Assembly (NCBI GenBank): GCA_963702205.1
Contig: OY969724.1
Coordinates: forward strand, 1,536,001-1,600,000
DNA from: an uncultured candidate division Zixibacteria bacterium
GTDB taxonomy: Bacteria > Zixibacteria > MSB-5A5 > GN15 > PGXB01
Direction: 5' to 3'
DNA length: 64,000 nt
Part shown: positions 26,485-36,626 of the stretch, one piece after another
How the letters are laid out: each line of letters starts with the position of its first letter
How positions within the stretch are numbered: the first letter of the stretch is position 1
Made by a program: the position numbers and the translations under genes
Notes under the pieces: model-generated
The model's input: only the letters and a program-made list of their open reading frames with translations
The model's database searches: none
Told to the model about the DNA's origin: nothing

Positions 26485-28656
26485 ATGTCGAACGTCGCCG
26501 AAATTACCATAGATTTTCTTACCGGGCACCCGCTGCTGACCGCCCTGGCTCTGGTTTTGTCGCTGCTTCTGGCCGTGTATCTTTATCGTAGAACCAATCC
26601 ACCGATTCCGACCGGCATAAGAATCCTCCTCGGTGCCCTCCGGTTTATCGCCATACTGGCGTTGTTTCTCGCTTTGTTCGAGCCGGTTTTGTCTTATACT
26701 CGGGAGTATGAGAAAACTCCGAAGCTGTCGTTGCTGCTGGATGATTCATCGAGCATGAGCACGGTTGAAGATGGTTTTTCCCGGCACGCGCGCGCCATTG
26801 ATTTTCTCGATTCCGACAAATACAAAGAATTCGCTAAAAACTTCGACATAACGACATATTATTTCGGCGGCAACCTGACCGAAAACGCCGGTCAGGTGGA
26901 TTCGCTCTCAACGGCTTTGGGGACGGTGCTTGCCGATCTTCAGAAAAAAGAAGCGGCCGATCCGGCCCAGGCCTGGCTTTTGGTTTCCGACGGCATCAAC
27001 AATCAGGGACTCGACGCCGTCACGGCTTCGGACCATCTGGTTTCACCGGTATATGCTCTGGGGGTGGGATCGGATGCGGGTTTGCGCGACGTCGCCATCG
27101 CCGGATTGGAATACAACCGGGCGGCTTTTGTCGGCAAGCCGACCGAAATAGTCGTGCACGTGCAGTGGTCGGGGATCAAAAACGAACCGGTCGCAGTGCA
27201 AATCAAGAACGGCCGGAAAGTTCTCGCCGCCGATACTCTTAAAGCCGCACCGGGTGACCTGAAACAGGATGTGTCGGTTTCGTTCGTACCGGACCGCATC
27301 GGCCGTCAAACCTATAGCGCCGAAATCCCCCGGCTGAGTGACGAAGTAAACGTCGACAATAACGCCCGTTCGTTTTCCATGCTGGTGATGAAGAGTCGTC
27401 TAAACGTTCTTCTCGTGGCCGATCATCTCGACTGGGAATATGCCTTTTTAAAAAGATTTTTGAACCGCTCGGAAAATATCGACCTATCCACGGTGGTCTA
27501 CCAGGGTAATGGGAACACTCTCGAGGGCCAGTTCCCGGGTTCGCAGTCGGAACTCAATCAATACGACCTGGTTATTTTTTACGATATAAAGCCCGGTTTT
27601 CTGGCCGGACAGAAAAATATCATTCAGTCTTTTGTCTCCGAAAAGGGCGGCGGGCTGTTTTTCATTCTGGGTGACAACTATCTCGGTGCTCGGCGACCGA
27701 ACTGGGTCGATGATTTTCTGCCGTTCGTCAAGCGCAGAGGTACGGGGCAGATGATCTATACCAAGTTCAACGGGGTGCCGGTCGAGAGCTACCTGTTTCA
27801 TCCATCGGTGCGCCTCTCCGATGACCGTCGCGGCGTCCGGGAACGCTGGCGCGACCTGCCCAATTTCGAGCAGTTGGTCCCGACCGATTCGGTGACGCCG
27901 CAGTCGGAAGTGCTGGTGACGGCCAATCTCGGACGCAACGCCCCCGATATGCCGGTGCTGGGCTATCGCCTGATGGGTGCCGGGAAGATTCTCGCGACGA
28001 CCGCCGCACCGTTCTGGCGCTGGGCGTTTTTAAGTGCCGGGTTCGATGAGCCGACGTCCGATTATGATCGTTTCTGGGACGGTTCGGTCAAATGGCTGGC
28101 GTTGAAAGAAGATTTCGACCCGATAAAGATCACCGGCGACAAAGACGTTTACACGCGCGGGGAGACGGTCGGTTTTACCGCCTTCGTTAACGATCAGGGC
28201 TTTCGGCCCATCGAAAACGCGCGGGGGGCGGTGGAATTGATCAACGAATCCGGCACGGACACGATGACGGTCCAGTGGAAGGATATGGGTGAAGGCCGCT
28301 ACCGGGCCGAATTCGACGCCGTTTCACCGGGACGCTATTCATATCAGGCGACGGTCGAACGCGATGGTGTTCAGTTGAAAGCGACCGAGGGCCAGCTGGC
28401 GGTGGAATCGTACTTTATCGAAGATTATGACCGTCGTCCCGATTTTGCCGCTTTGGAAACCGTAGCGCGCAAGACGGGAGGACTGTATGCTCATATCGAT
28501 AAACCTGACAGCGTTCTTGCGGGAATCGACGCCGCCAAAATATCGGAAACAGTCAAGTACGAAACATCGCTCTGGGACAAAGCCTGGCTGTTATTTATCT
28601 TCATCGGCGCGCTGGCTATCGAGTGGTTCATAAGAAAACGCTATCAGTTGATATAG
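26485..28656 (+). CDS. Membrane-anchored VWA-domain protein with glutamine-amidotransferase-like central domain
   Basis: N-terminal TM pair, MIDAS-like LLDDSSSM, LVSDG, a central region with WRW, and C-terminal TM 'EWFIRKR'. Confidence 0.75.
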   Translation: MSNVAEITIDFLTGHPLLTALALVLSLLLAVYLYRRTNPPIPTGIRILLGALRFIAILALFLALFEPVLSYTREYEKTPKLSLLLDDSSSMSTVEDGFSRHARAIDFLDSDKYKEFAKNFDITTYYFGGNLTENAGQVDSLSTALGTVLADLQKKEAADPAQAWLLVSDGINNQGLDAVTASDHLVSPVYALGVGSDAGLRDVAIAGLEYNRAAFVGKPTEIVVHVQWSGIKNEPVAVQIKNGRKVLAADTLKAAPGDLKQDVSVSFVPDRIGRQTYSAEIPRLSDEVNVDNNARSFSMLVMKSRLNVLLVADHLDWEYAFLKRFLNRSENIDLSTVVYQGNGNTLEGQFPGSQSELNQYDLVIFYDIKPGFLAGQKNIIQSFVSEKGGGLFFILGDNYLGARRPNWVDDFLPFVKRRGTGQMIYTKFNGVPVESYLFHPSVRLSDDRRGVRERWRDLPNFEQLVPTDSVTPQSEVLVTANLGRNAPDMPVLGYRLMGAGKILATTAAPFWRWAFLSAGFDEPTSDYDRFWDGSVKWLALKEDFDPIKITGDKDVYTRGETVGFTAFVNDQGFRPIENARGAVELINESGTDTMTVQWKDMGEGRYRAEFDAVSPGRYSYQATVERDGVQLKATEGQLAVESYFIEDYDRRPDFAALETVARKTGGLYAHIDKPDSVLAGIDAAKISETVKYETSLWDKAWLLFIFIGALAIEWFIRKRYQLI

Positions 28657-28784
28657 ATCGCCGATTTTCCTTTATATTTTCGATTCTTTTAAACAATCTC
28701 ACATTTTTAAAATGCTTGTTGATCTGATTTAACAGCGATATTATATAATTTGATTCAAAGAAGAAGCTGAGCAAGAGGATATAA

Positions 28785-29930
28785 ATGAAAATAGCGGTTA
28801 TTGGTTCGGGGCTGATGGGTCGCGCGGCAGTGTATGATTTAGGCCGTGCCGAAGGTGTCGAAAAGGTCGGGCTGTATGATTTCGATAAGGATCTGGCCGA
28901 AGAAATCGCCCATAAGTATGGCAACGACATAACGACGGCAGGATATATCGACGCCGGTGAAACGGATAAGGCGGCGGAGATTCTGTCTGATTATGATGCC
29001 TGTATCTCGGCCGTTACTTATAAGTACAATCCCGGCCTGACAAAAGCGGCGATAAAAGCGAAAACGCATTTTTTCGATCTGGGCGGCAACAACGACGTGG
29101 TCGCTTCGCAGTTCGAAATGAACGATGAAGCCGCCGAAGCGGGCGTGCTGGTAATTCCCGACTGCGGTCTGGCGCCGGGGATGGTTTCGATCCTGGCAGC
29201 GGCCGGCATTAAAGAATTTGACCGGGTTGCCTCGTTGAAAATTCGCGTCGGCGGTCTTCCCCAGAATCCGCGCCCGCCGCTGGATTATCAGTTGGTTTTC
29301 TCTCCCGAAGGTTTAATAAACGAATACTGGGAGCCGGTGGTAATTCTCGAAGAAGGAAAAAAGAAAACGGTTAATCCCATGACCGGCTTGGAGTCACTTG
29401 AGTTCGATGGCATCGGCGAACTGGAGGCGTTTTATACGTCGGGGGGGACGTCAACTCTTCCCGATACTTATCAGGGCCTGGTCGATTTCCTCGATTATAA
29501 AACTATTCGCTATCCCGGTCACTGCAAAGTATTCAAGCCGATGCTGGAAATCGGCCTGGGGTCGCGTAGCCCGGTAAAGGTCGGCGGTAATGAGGTCGAG
29601 CCGCGAGCGGTCTTTAAAAAAGTCCTCGAAAAGAACCTGCCGCATAACGAGCCCGATCTGGTCCTGGTTCGTCTGGAATTCGGAGGCGCTCTGGCCGGTG
29701 TACCCAAGAAGCTGGTTTATGAAATTATTGACCGCAAAGATCCCAGGACAGAATTGACGGCGATGATGCGTACGACGGCCTTCCCGGTGGCGATCATCGC
29801 CTGGATGGCCTGCGCCGGCAAGATAGAAAAAAGGGGAGTGATTCCCCAGGAAGTCGCGGTCGATCCGCAGTTTTTTATCGGCCAGCTAAAAAAACGCGAT
29901 ATAAAACTGTACATACACGATCGGGTTTAA
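28785..29930 (+). CDS. Saccharopine dehydrogenase family / lysine 6-dehydrogenase-like
   Basis: Motifs GSGLMG, DCGLAPG, VGGLPQ, GLINEY, YKTIRYPGH and AMMRTT. Confidence 0.88.
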   Translation: MKIAVIGSGLMGRAAVYDLGRAEGVEKVGLYDFDKDLAEEIAHKYGNDITTAGYIDAGETDKAAEILSDYDACISAVTYKYNPGLTKAAIKAKTHFFDLGGNNDVVASQFEMNDEAAEAGVLVIPDCGLAPGMVSILAAAGIKEFDRVASLKIRVGGLPQNPRPPLDYQLVFSPEGLINEYWEPVVILEEGKKKTVNPMTGLESLEFDGIGELEAFYTSGGTSTLPDTYQGLVDFLDYKTIRYPGHCKVFKPMLEIGLGSRSPVKVGGNEVEPRAVFKKVLEKNLPHNEPDLVLVRLEFGGALAGVPKKLVYEIIDRKDPRTELTAMMRTTAFPVAIIAWMACAGKIEKRGVIPQEVAVDPQFFIGQLKKRDIKLYIHDRV

Positions 29931-29948
29931 GACTACCGTCAAATGATT

Positions 29949-30236
29949 TTAATCAGGAATGGTAAGTTCGACGTCACCATAAACCCGCGTCTGACACGCC
30001 AGGCGTGATTTGTTGGGGATATATTCGGTCATTTCCAGCAGTTCCAGTTCCTCCGCGCTCATTTCGCTGAGATGGTCGTGGCCGTCTTCTATATGTACCT
30101 GGCAGGTTCCGCAAACGCCGTTGGCGCCGCAGTCGTTGTTGATGTCGATGTCGTTGTCGAGCGCGGCTTCGAGTATCGATGTGCCTTCGGCGACCTCTAT
30201 TTCCATATTAATGTTCTGAATTTTTATTTTCGGCAC
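29949..30236 (-). CDS. fdx: 2Fe-2S ferredoxin (adrenodoxin/Fdx type)
   Basis: Motif CGANGVCGTC...SRLACQ; likely GTG start at 30236 (MPKIKIQ). Confidence 0.88.
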   Translation of the reverse strand: MPKIKIQNINMEIEVAEGTSILEAALDNDIDINNDCGANGVCGTCQVHIEDGHDHLSEMSAEELELLEMTEYIPNKSRLACQTRVYGDVELTIPD

Positions 30237-30468
30237 GGAAGCCTTCTTCTTTGTTATTTTCTCAGAATTAACCCGTCGGCGGCACAATTGTTCCAATAAT
30301 AGACCTACAATGTATAATTTGACGCTTTGAATCTATATTTTGGGGTGATAATGTCTATTTTGGTCCAAAAAAGACTTGAAAATATTGTGAAATATGTCCA
30401 TATTAAGTGGTCAATGTAACGTATATAGATGGTGATATCAACTTATATATGTTTGAGGGATTTGGAAA

Positions 30469-30879
30469 ATGCAATTATCGAGAAAAGCCGATTATGCACT
30501 TAGAGCGGTGACTCACTTCGCGAGTTTGCCCAAAGGCAAGCTGGCATCAATAGGTACCGTGGCAGAAGCTCAACAGATACCCCGGGAATTTCTGGCCAAG
30601 ATTTTAAAAGACCTGACCTGGGCGGGCATACTGGTATCGTACCAGGGCGTCACCGGCGGTTACCGTCTGGCCCGGGCCCCCAAGGATATCAGCTTCCTTA
30701 ACGTTATCGAAGCGATGGAAGGCCCGATATCTTTGAATCTGTGCACGCAGGAAAATCGCTGCGAATGTGAGCGTATGAACACCTGCAAGATGCGAGATTT
30801 CTGGGTCAAACAGGAAGACTATTTCAAGAAAGCTCTGGGGCGGGCCAATTTCGCACGGTACAAAGCCGGTGGACGTTAA
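30469..30879 (+). CDS. Rrf2-family transcriptional regulator (IscR/NsrR-like, Cys-rich C-terminus)
   Basis: Motifs ADYALRA, FLAKIL, GGYRLA and EAMEG; Cys cluster LCTQENRCECERMNTC. Confidence 0.92.
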   Translation: MQLSRKADYALRAVTHFASLPKGKLASIGTVAEAQQIPREFLAKILKDLTWAGILVSYQGVTGGYRLARAPKDISFLNVIEAMEGPISLNLCTQENRCECERMNTCKMRDFWVKQEDYFKKALGRANFARYKAGGR

Positions 30880-30918
30880 GTCGACCATCTGAGTGTATAT
30901 TAAATTGCGGTCGAATTC

Positions 30919-30945
30919 AGGTCGGGCCTGGCCCGGCCTTTTTTT
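30919..30945 (+). terminator. Intrinsic terminator after the Rrf2 gene
   Basis: AGGTCGGGC-CTG-GCCCGGCCT followed by a T-run. Confidence 0.8.
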
Positions 30946-31075
30946 ATTGGTTTTTGCACGAAGGCTCTCTTGCCATATTTAGCGGGCCAATATATATTGA
31001 TTTTCTGCGGAAACGGTTTGATCCATCCGCTTGTTTAAGATGTGCGATGATTTACCCGTATAAGGAGATGTTGCA

Positions 31076-31957
31076 ATGAACTTTGAAGATAAAACTTACA
31101 AAATCAAAGTCGGCCTGGCAGAAATGCTCAAAGGCGGCGTCATCATGGACGTTATCAATCCCGAGCAGGCTCGTATCGCCGAGCAGGCGGGAGCCGTGGC
31201 CGTGATGGCTCTCGAAAGAGTACCATCGGATATTCGCGCCGAGGGCGGCGTCGCGCGTATGGCCGATCCCGATATTATTGAGGGCATCAAGAAGGCAGTT
31301 TCTATCCCGGTGATGGCCAAGTGCCGTATCGGTCATTTTGCCGAAGCGGAAATTCTGGAAGCGCTCGAAGTTGACTTTGTCGATGAATCCGAAGTCCTGA
31401 CCCCGGCCGACAACGCCAATCATGTCGACAAGTGGCGTTTTAAGGTACCGTTCGTGTGCGGCTGCCGCAATCTGGGTGAAGCGCTGCGGCGCATTTCCGA
31501 GGGCGCGGCCATGATCCGTACCAAGGGTGAAGCCGGGACCGGCGACGTTTCCGAAGCGGTGCGTCACATTCGTGAGGTCAACCGCGACCTGAAGCGCCTG
31601 ACGGTTCTGCCCCAGGATGAGCTTTACACTGCCGCCAGGGAGCTGCGTGTCCCGTTGACGCTGGTGCAGATGGTGGCCGAGTCCGGTCGCCTGCCGGTGC
31701 CCAATTTTGCCGCCGGGGGAGTGGCAACGCCGGCCGATGCCGCGCTTGTGATGAAACTCGGCGCCGAATCGGTTTTTGTCGGCAGTGGCATTTTCAAGTC
31801 ATCCAATCCCGAAAAACGGGCGAGGGCGATTGTGACCGCCGTGGCGCAGTACAACGACCCCAAAGCTCTGGCCGAGTGCAGCCGCAATCTGGGCGAAGCC
31901 ATGAAAGGCGTCCAGGCGTCGGCGCTGCCCGATGAAGAACTGCTGCAGGTCAGATAA
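31076..31957 (+). CDS. pdxS: PLP synthase lyase subunit
   Basis: Motifs [29 protein letters not shown] and [13 protein letters not shown]. Confidence 0.97.
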   Translation: MNFEDKTYKIKVGLAEMLKGGVIMDVINPEQARIAEQAGAVAVMALERVPSDIRAEGGVARMADPDIIEGIKKAVSIPVMAKCRIGHFAEAEILEALEVDFVDESEVLTPADNANHVDKWRFKVPFVCGCRNLGEALRRISEGAAMIRTKGEAGTGDVSEAVRHIREVNRDLKRLTVLPQDELYTAARELRVPLTLVQMVAESGRLPVPNFAAGGVATPADAALVMKLGAESVFVGSGIFKSSNPEKRARAIVTAVAQYNDPKALAECSRNLGEAMKGVQASALPDEELLQVR

Positions 31958-31981
31958 GATTCTGTCACCAAAGGTATCATC

Positions 31982-32587
31982 ATGGGCCCGTCAATAAACA
32001 TTGGGGTGCTGGCTCTTCAGGGTGATTTCGAGCGCCATTTATATCATTTGAAAAGGCTGGGAGTGCCTTCGTTTGAAATCCGGAGGCCGGATCAACTCGC
32101 TACGACCAATGGCCTGATTATCCCCGGTGGTGAATCGACCACCATGACCGAGTTGATTGACCGTTTCGGCTTTCGCGAAAAATTGAAATCATTTTTTGAA
32201 AATCACGCCGTATGGGGCACCTGTGCCGGTTCGATTTTACTGGCCCGCCAGGTCGATGACGCCCGTGTCAAACCATTTGGAATAATAGATATCAAAGCCC
32301 TGCGCAACGGCTACGGCCGCCAGGTTTATTCGTTTTATGCCGAGGTGCCGTTGAGCCTGAATGGATCGTCGGAGACAATCGGAGTGTCGTTTATTCGGGC
32401 CCCGGTTTTTGAAGATATCGGCCCGGAGGTCAAAGTCCTCGCCAAGTATGACGGTCAACCGGTCTTGCTGAGGCAGGGACGCTGTCTGGTCAGTGCGTTT
32501 CACAGCGAATTGCACGATAACCCGGTCTTGACGGCTTATTTTGTCGAGCACATGGTGCGGCCCAGCGGCGTATCATATAAAAAGTAG
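31982..32587 (+). CDS. pdxT: PLP synthase glutaminase subunit
   Basis: Motifs GVLALQG, PGGEST, GTCAG, FIRAP and FHSE. Confidence 0.96.
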   Translation: MGPSINIGVLALQGDFERHLYHLKRLGVPSFEIRRPDQLATTNGLIIPGGESTTMTELIDRFGFREKLKSFFENHAVWGTCAGSILLARQVDDARVKPFGIIDIKALRNGYGRQVYSFYAEVPLSLNGSSETIGVSFIRAPVFEDIGPEVKVLAKYDGQPVLLRQGRCLVSAFHSELHDNPVLTAYFVEHMVRPSGVSYKK

Positions 32588-32600
32588 CGGTTCGTTTTCA

Positions 32601-33515
32601 ATGAAAATAATTATCGCCAGACATTTCGGATTTTGCATGGGTGTCAAGAGAGCCATCGCCATCGCCGAAGAGAACGCTTCGGTCGACGATAAGGTTACGA
32701 TATTCAGGGAAATAGTGCACAACGACGCCATTGTCGAAAGATTCAAGAAGATGGGCGTGGGGCAGTCCGACACGGTGGAAAATATCGACCGGGGGACCGT
32801 CATTATCCCGGCCCACGGGGCGAGCGCGGCCGTTCTCGACGCCGCCCGGGCCAAAGGACTGAATGTCATTAACGCTACCTGCCCGCTGGTCATTCGCATT
32901 CACAATATTGTGAAAAAGCTGGCCCAGGACGGTTATCTGATTTTGCACTTTGGTGACGGCCACCATGATGAGACCATAGGCATTGTCGGTCACGCTCCGA
33001 ATAATATCAAAGTCATCGGTTCGCTGGCGGACATGGATAAAATAGATTATGAGTCCGGACCGATCGCTCTTACGGCCCAAACTACGGCTCGTCAGGCCGA
33101 TTTTGAGATTCTTGTCGAAGAGGTGCAAAAGAGATTTCCCCACGCCGAGGTTTTCAATACCATTTGCAACGCGACCAGCCAGAGGCAGGAGGCTATTACC
33201 GAGTTGGCCGGCAAGACCGATCTTATGCTGGTAGTCGGGTCGAGTTCATCCGCCAATTCCAACCGCCTGGTGCAGATATCCCGATCGCTGGGGGCGGCGT
33301 CGTATTTAATAAACTCCGCCGAGGATATAAAAGAAGAGTGGTTTTTCGGGTCCGAGACTGTGCAAACAACGGGCCTGTCGGCCGGAGCCTCGACCCCTGA
33401 TTTTCTGATAGCAGGCGTGATCGAACGGCTCAAAGAAATTGCCCGGGGCGATGTTGAAGTTATCTCTTCACCGAGGCAGGAGCGCTCCAATCGGCTCACC
33501 CTTGATGGCAATTAA
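32601..33515 (+). CDS. ispH: 4-hydroxy-3-methylbut-2-enyl diphosphate reductase
   Basis: Motifs GFCMGVKRA, IVHN, AHG, ATCP, QTT, NTICNAT and SANS; start moved to ATG 32601. Confidence 0.95.
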   Translation: MKIIIARHFGFCMGVKRAIAIAEENASVDDKVTIFREIVHNDAIVERFKKMGVGQSDTVENIDRGTVIIPAHGASAAVLDAARAKGLNVINATCPLVIRIHNIVKKLAQDGYLILHFGDGHHDETIGIVGHAPNNIKVIGSLADMDKIDYESGPIALTAQTTARQADFEILVEEVQKRFPHAEVFNTICNATSQRQEAITELAGKTDLMLVVGSSSSANSNRLVQISRSLGAASYLINSAEDIKEEWFFGSETVQTTGLSAGASTPDFLIAGVIERLKEIARGDVEVISSPRQERSNRLTLDGN

Positions 33516-33746
33516 TCCCAAATGTCACATATATTTTAAGTACTTATTCGCGCCCAATATTTCCATTTTTCGCTTGCGCTTGGGGAAAAAATTATATATT
33601 TATTTCCAAATGAAACCGGCAGCCATTGATGCAGACCGATAGATTTCCGCCGGCACCGGTTCGCGACTCGTAAATGTTCAATATAGGATTGTTGAGAAAA
33701 ATAAAACGAGACGTTCTTTTTAGGGAATCAAAAGAAGCGAATTTGA

Positions 33747-33765
33747 TGTGACAAAAACTGTCACA
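33747..33765. promoter_or_regulatory. Inverted repeat, candidate transcription-factor site
   Basis: TGTGACA-AAAAC-TGTCACA, immediately followed by the 14-bp palindrome TCCGACCGGTCGGA (33770-33783). Confidence 0.45.
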
Positions 33766-33957
33766 ACAATCCGACCGGTCGGAAGTGAAACCGGGAGGAA
33801 CGAATTTAGCAAATAAGTAATTTATGTGATCCATCTGCACGGCTTGAAGTCAATGACATTTTTAATACAGACGGCCAATTGAATAATCCGGTACGATTGC
33901 TACGGATTTCAGGATCACTAAACAGAGCACGTATCTTAGTGAATCTTTGGAGGCACA

Positions 33958-34395
33958 ATGCTCAAGAGAGTCAATCTTTATGTTTATCCGAACGAGCAGG
34001 ATTGCGAGGAGATTTCGGATTTTCTGAAGAAACAGGAAGTTGATCTATTCATTCGCGACATCAAGGAACGCCCCCTCGGTGTTGAAGAAATAACCCGGTT
34101 GTTTCGACATTTCGACGCGAAGCATTTTCTGAACGAGAATTCGAGTTCGTTCAAAAAGCACAAGCTGGATCAGGAATTGCCCCCGCGTCCGGAATTGTAC
34201 GATCTTATGGCGCAGGATAGCGACCTGATTAAAAGACCGGTGGTCGTGGCCGGAAGATTGATGGTTATCGGGTGCAATATTTCCAAGATCAAGGAAATGC
34301 TGCAACTTCCTGACAGGGCCGATGAGACCGGAATCAATTCCGGCGGAAACAGGACCTTCAACAACGGACGTGACGGAAAAAACGGCCGCAGCTAA
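33958..34395 (+). CDS. ArsC/Spx/MgsR family protein
   Basis: Thioredoxin-like pattern with LIKRPVV; SD GGAGG. Confidence 0.8.
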   Translation: MLKRVNLYVYPNEQDCEEISDFLKKQEVDLFIRDIKERPLGVEEITRLFRHFDAKHFLNENSSSFKKHKLDQELPPRPELYDLMAQDSDLIKRPVVVAGRLMVIGCNISKIKEMLQLPDRADETGINSGGNRTFNNGRDGKNGRS

Positions 34396-34473
34396 AAGCA
34401 TTGCCTTTTGACGGTCTACCTGAGTATATTGTCGTCAAATACAAGATTGACAATCTCAAGATCGAGGTAGGCA

Positions 34474-36150
34474 ATGGATATCGAAAGAGAAATACTCGAA
34501 GTTGATATATTGATCGTTGGCGCCGGTCCGGCCGGACTGTCGTGCGCCTATCATCTGGCCGAATTGATTAAAAAATCCGACGGGCAGGTCGCCATGCCCG
34601 AAATAGTGGTCCTCGAAAAAGGCAGCTATCCCGGCGCTCATTCGTTTTCCGGGGCCATTCTCGATCCATCGGTTATCAAAAAAATGATCCCGGATTTTAT
34701 CGAGAAGGGCATGCCGTTCGAGAAGAAGGCCGGCCGTGACGGATTGTACTTTCTGACCGAAAATTCCCAAATAAAATTCCCGTTTCTGCCCAAACCGTTT
34801 CATAACGACGGCCATTATATTGTCTCGCTGAATAAACTGGTTGGCTGGATGGCCGAACAGGTCGAAGCCGCCGATGTAAATATTTTTCCGGAGATGGGCG
34901 GATTCGAACTGCTGATCGAAAACGGCGCCGTCACCGGCGTCAGGACGGTTGACCTGGGTCTCAATAAAGAAGGCCAGCCCAAAGACAATTTCGAGCCGGG
35001 TTCGATTCTCAAAGCCAAAGTTACGATCCTGGCCGAAGGCGTCCACGGGTCGCTTACCAAACAGGCGCTGTCCAAGCTTGATCTGCAAGACGGCAAAATG
35101 CCGCAGCAGTATCTTACGGGTGTCAAAGAGGTTTGGGAGATTCCCGAGTGGCGGCTGGGCGACGGTGAGATAATACATACGTTTGGCTGGCCGGAACCAA
35201 ATTATGAATACGGCGGCGGCTTTATTTACGATATGGGCGGCAATATGGCCGCGGTCGGCTTTGCGGTCGGGCTCAACAGCCCCAATCCGACCAATGACCC
35301 TCATTACCGGTTCCAGCAGTTTAAGACTCATCCGATGGTTAAAAAGATATTCGAGGGTGGCAAGATGCTTCATTACGGAGCCAAGACAATCCCCGAAGGC
35401 GGCTATTATGCCATGCCCAAATTGTATCATGATGGTCTTTTGTTGGTCGGTGATTCGGCGGGATTTTTAAACGCCCAGAGGCTTAAAGGCATTCACCTGG
35501 CGATGGAATCGGGCATGATGGCCGCCGAGACGGTCTTCGATGCCTTGCAGAGAAACGATTTCAGTGCCGACGTTCTTTCCGGAATGGAAACCAGATTCGA
35601 AAAATCGCAGGCCAGAGACGAACTATATGAAGTCAGGAATTTTCATTCCGGGTTCGACGACGGCCTGATCGCGGGGATGATTTCTTCGGGGATTCAGATG
35701 ATCTCGGACGGATATGGATTGGTCGATAAAAGACAAACGCACGCCGATCACGAAAGCGTGATGAAGTACAATGAATTTCTTTCGGTAAGGAATCAAAATG
35801 CCGTCAAACGTGATCTTAAATTCGACAATGAATACCTGTTCGATAAACTGACCGACGTCTATCACAGTGGCACCAAACACGAAGAAGATCAGCCGTCGCA
35901 TCTGGTGATATCCGACCCCGAAATTTGCAATACGCGCTGCACCGAGGAGTACGGCAACCCGTGTCAATATTTCTGCCCGGCGCAGGTATATGAAATGGTC
36001 GACGATGACTCCCGTCCGGGCAAAAAGAAGCTGCAGTTGACGCCGTCCAACTGTGTCCATTGCAAGACGTGCGACATAGCCGATCCATATCAGGTTATCA
36101 ACTGGGTGGTTCCCGAAGGCGGCGGGGGCCCGAATTATACGAACTGCTGA
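34474..36150 (+). CDS. Electron transfer flavoprotein-ubiquinone oxidoreductase
   Basis: Motifs GAGPAGL, GVKEVW, YGAKTIPEGG and KGIHLAM; 4Fe-4S ligands CPAQVYE and NCVHCKTCD. Confidence 0.95.
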   Translation: MDIEREILEVDILIVGAGPAGLSCAYHLAELIKKSDGQVAMPEIVVLEKGSYPGAHSFSGAILDPSVIKKMIPDFIEKGMPFEKKAGRDGLYFLTENSQIKFPFLPKPFHNDGHYIVSLNKLVGWMAEQVEAADVNIFPEMGGFELLIENGAVTGVRTVDLGLNKEGQPKDNFEPGSILKAKVTILAEGVHGSLTKQALSKLDLQDGKMPQQYLTGVKEVWEIPEWRLGDGEIIHTFGWPEPNYEYGGGFIYDMGGNMAAVGFAVGLNSPNPTNDPHYRFQQFKTHPMVKKIFEGGKMLHYGAKTIPEGGYYAMPKLYHDGLLLVGDSAGFLNAQRLKGIHLAMESGMMAAETVFDALQRNDFSADVLSGMETRFEKSQARDELYEVRNFHSGFDDGLIAGMISSGIQMISDGYGLVDKRQTHADHESVMKYNEFLSVRNQNAVKRDLKFDNEYLFDKLTDVYHSGTKHEEDQPSHLVISDPEICNTRCTEEYGNPCQYFCPAQVYEMVDDDSRPGKKKLQLTPSNCVHCKTCDIADPYQVINWVVPEGGGGPNYTNC

Positions 36151-36175
36151 TTTAGGCGCGAATAGATTTTATTTT

Positions 36176-36199
36176 CCGGCGGGTTTGAGAACCCGCCGG
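36176..36199. repeat. GC-rich hairpin (REP-like or terminator)
   Basis: CCGGCGGGTT-TGAG-AACCCGCCGG. Confidence 0.55.
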
Positions 36200-36300
36200 G
36201 CACAACGTACGAAGATAGTGTCGCCCAAAAGCTTGATGTTGGCCCCTTCAATTTAATAGTCCAAACAACATATCCCACGGTAAGCCGTGGTCGACCCGCC

Positions 36301-36448
36301 GCCTATTGAAAAAGTGCACGGATGGTGCAAGAAGTAGGTCGGGTTCCGAGTGGAGCGAAGCGTAACGAGAAACCCGACAACAAGATGTCGGCTTTCTCTC
36401 CTGACTTCGTCAGGATTCGGAAGCCGACCTACTGGTTTTTCAACAGGC
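36301..36448. mobile_element. 148-bp MITE-like element enclosing a GTAG-type REP doublet
   Basis: 13-bp terminal inverted repeats GCCTATTGAAAAA / TTTTTCAACAGGC with 1 mismatch. Internal inverted pair GTAGGTCGGGTT..AACCCGAC and GTCGGCTT..AAGCCGACCTAC (36334-36432). Confidence 0.65.
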
Positions 36449-36626
36449 CCCAAGCCGTGGGCGACCCACCAATGGGCTTGCCCAAATTCGCACACAATTT
36501 CCGCCAAATTTGCACTTAATCGTTAATTTTTAATTTTTTCCAAACTCTTTGTAAACATTACAGTATTATTGAGTAGATTGGTCGCATATTAAACCGGGCC
36601 AAGACAGACAGAGGGAAATTTATTTC

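Noticed and set aside
34456..35430. Long antisense ORFs (e.g. 324 aa here, 5132-5971, 45671-46459, 49343-50215)
   Set aside because: Shadows of well-supported sense genes with biased codon usage; no motifs.
36282..36470. Two 19-bp direct repeats as a mini-CRISPR
   Set aside because: Only two degenerate copies ~150 bp apart, and no cas genes.
36253..36519. Small ORFs across the repeat cluster
   Set aside because: They are translations of REP/MITE palindromes.
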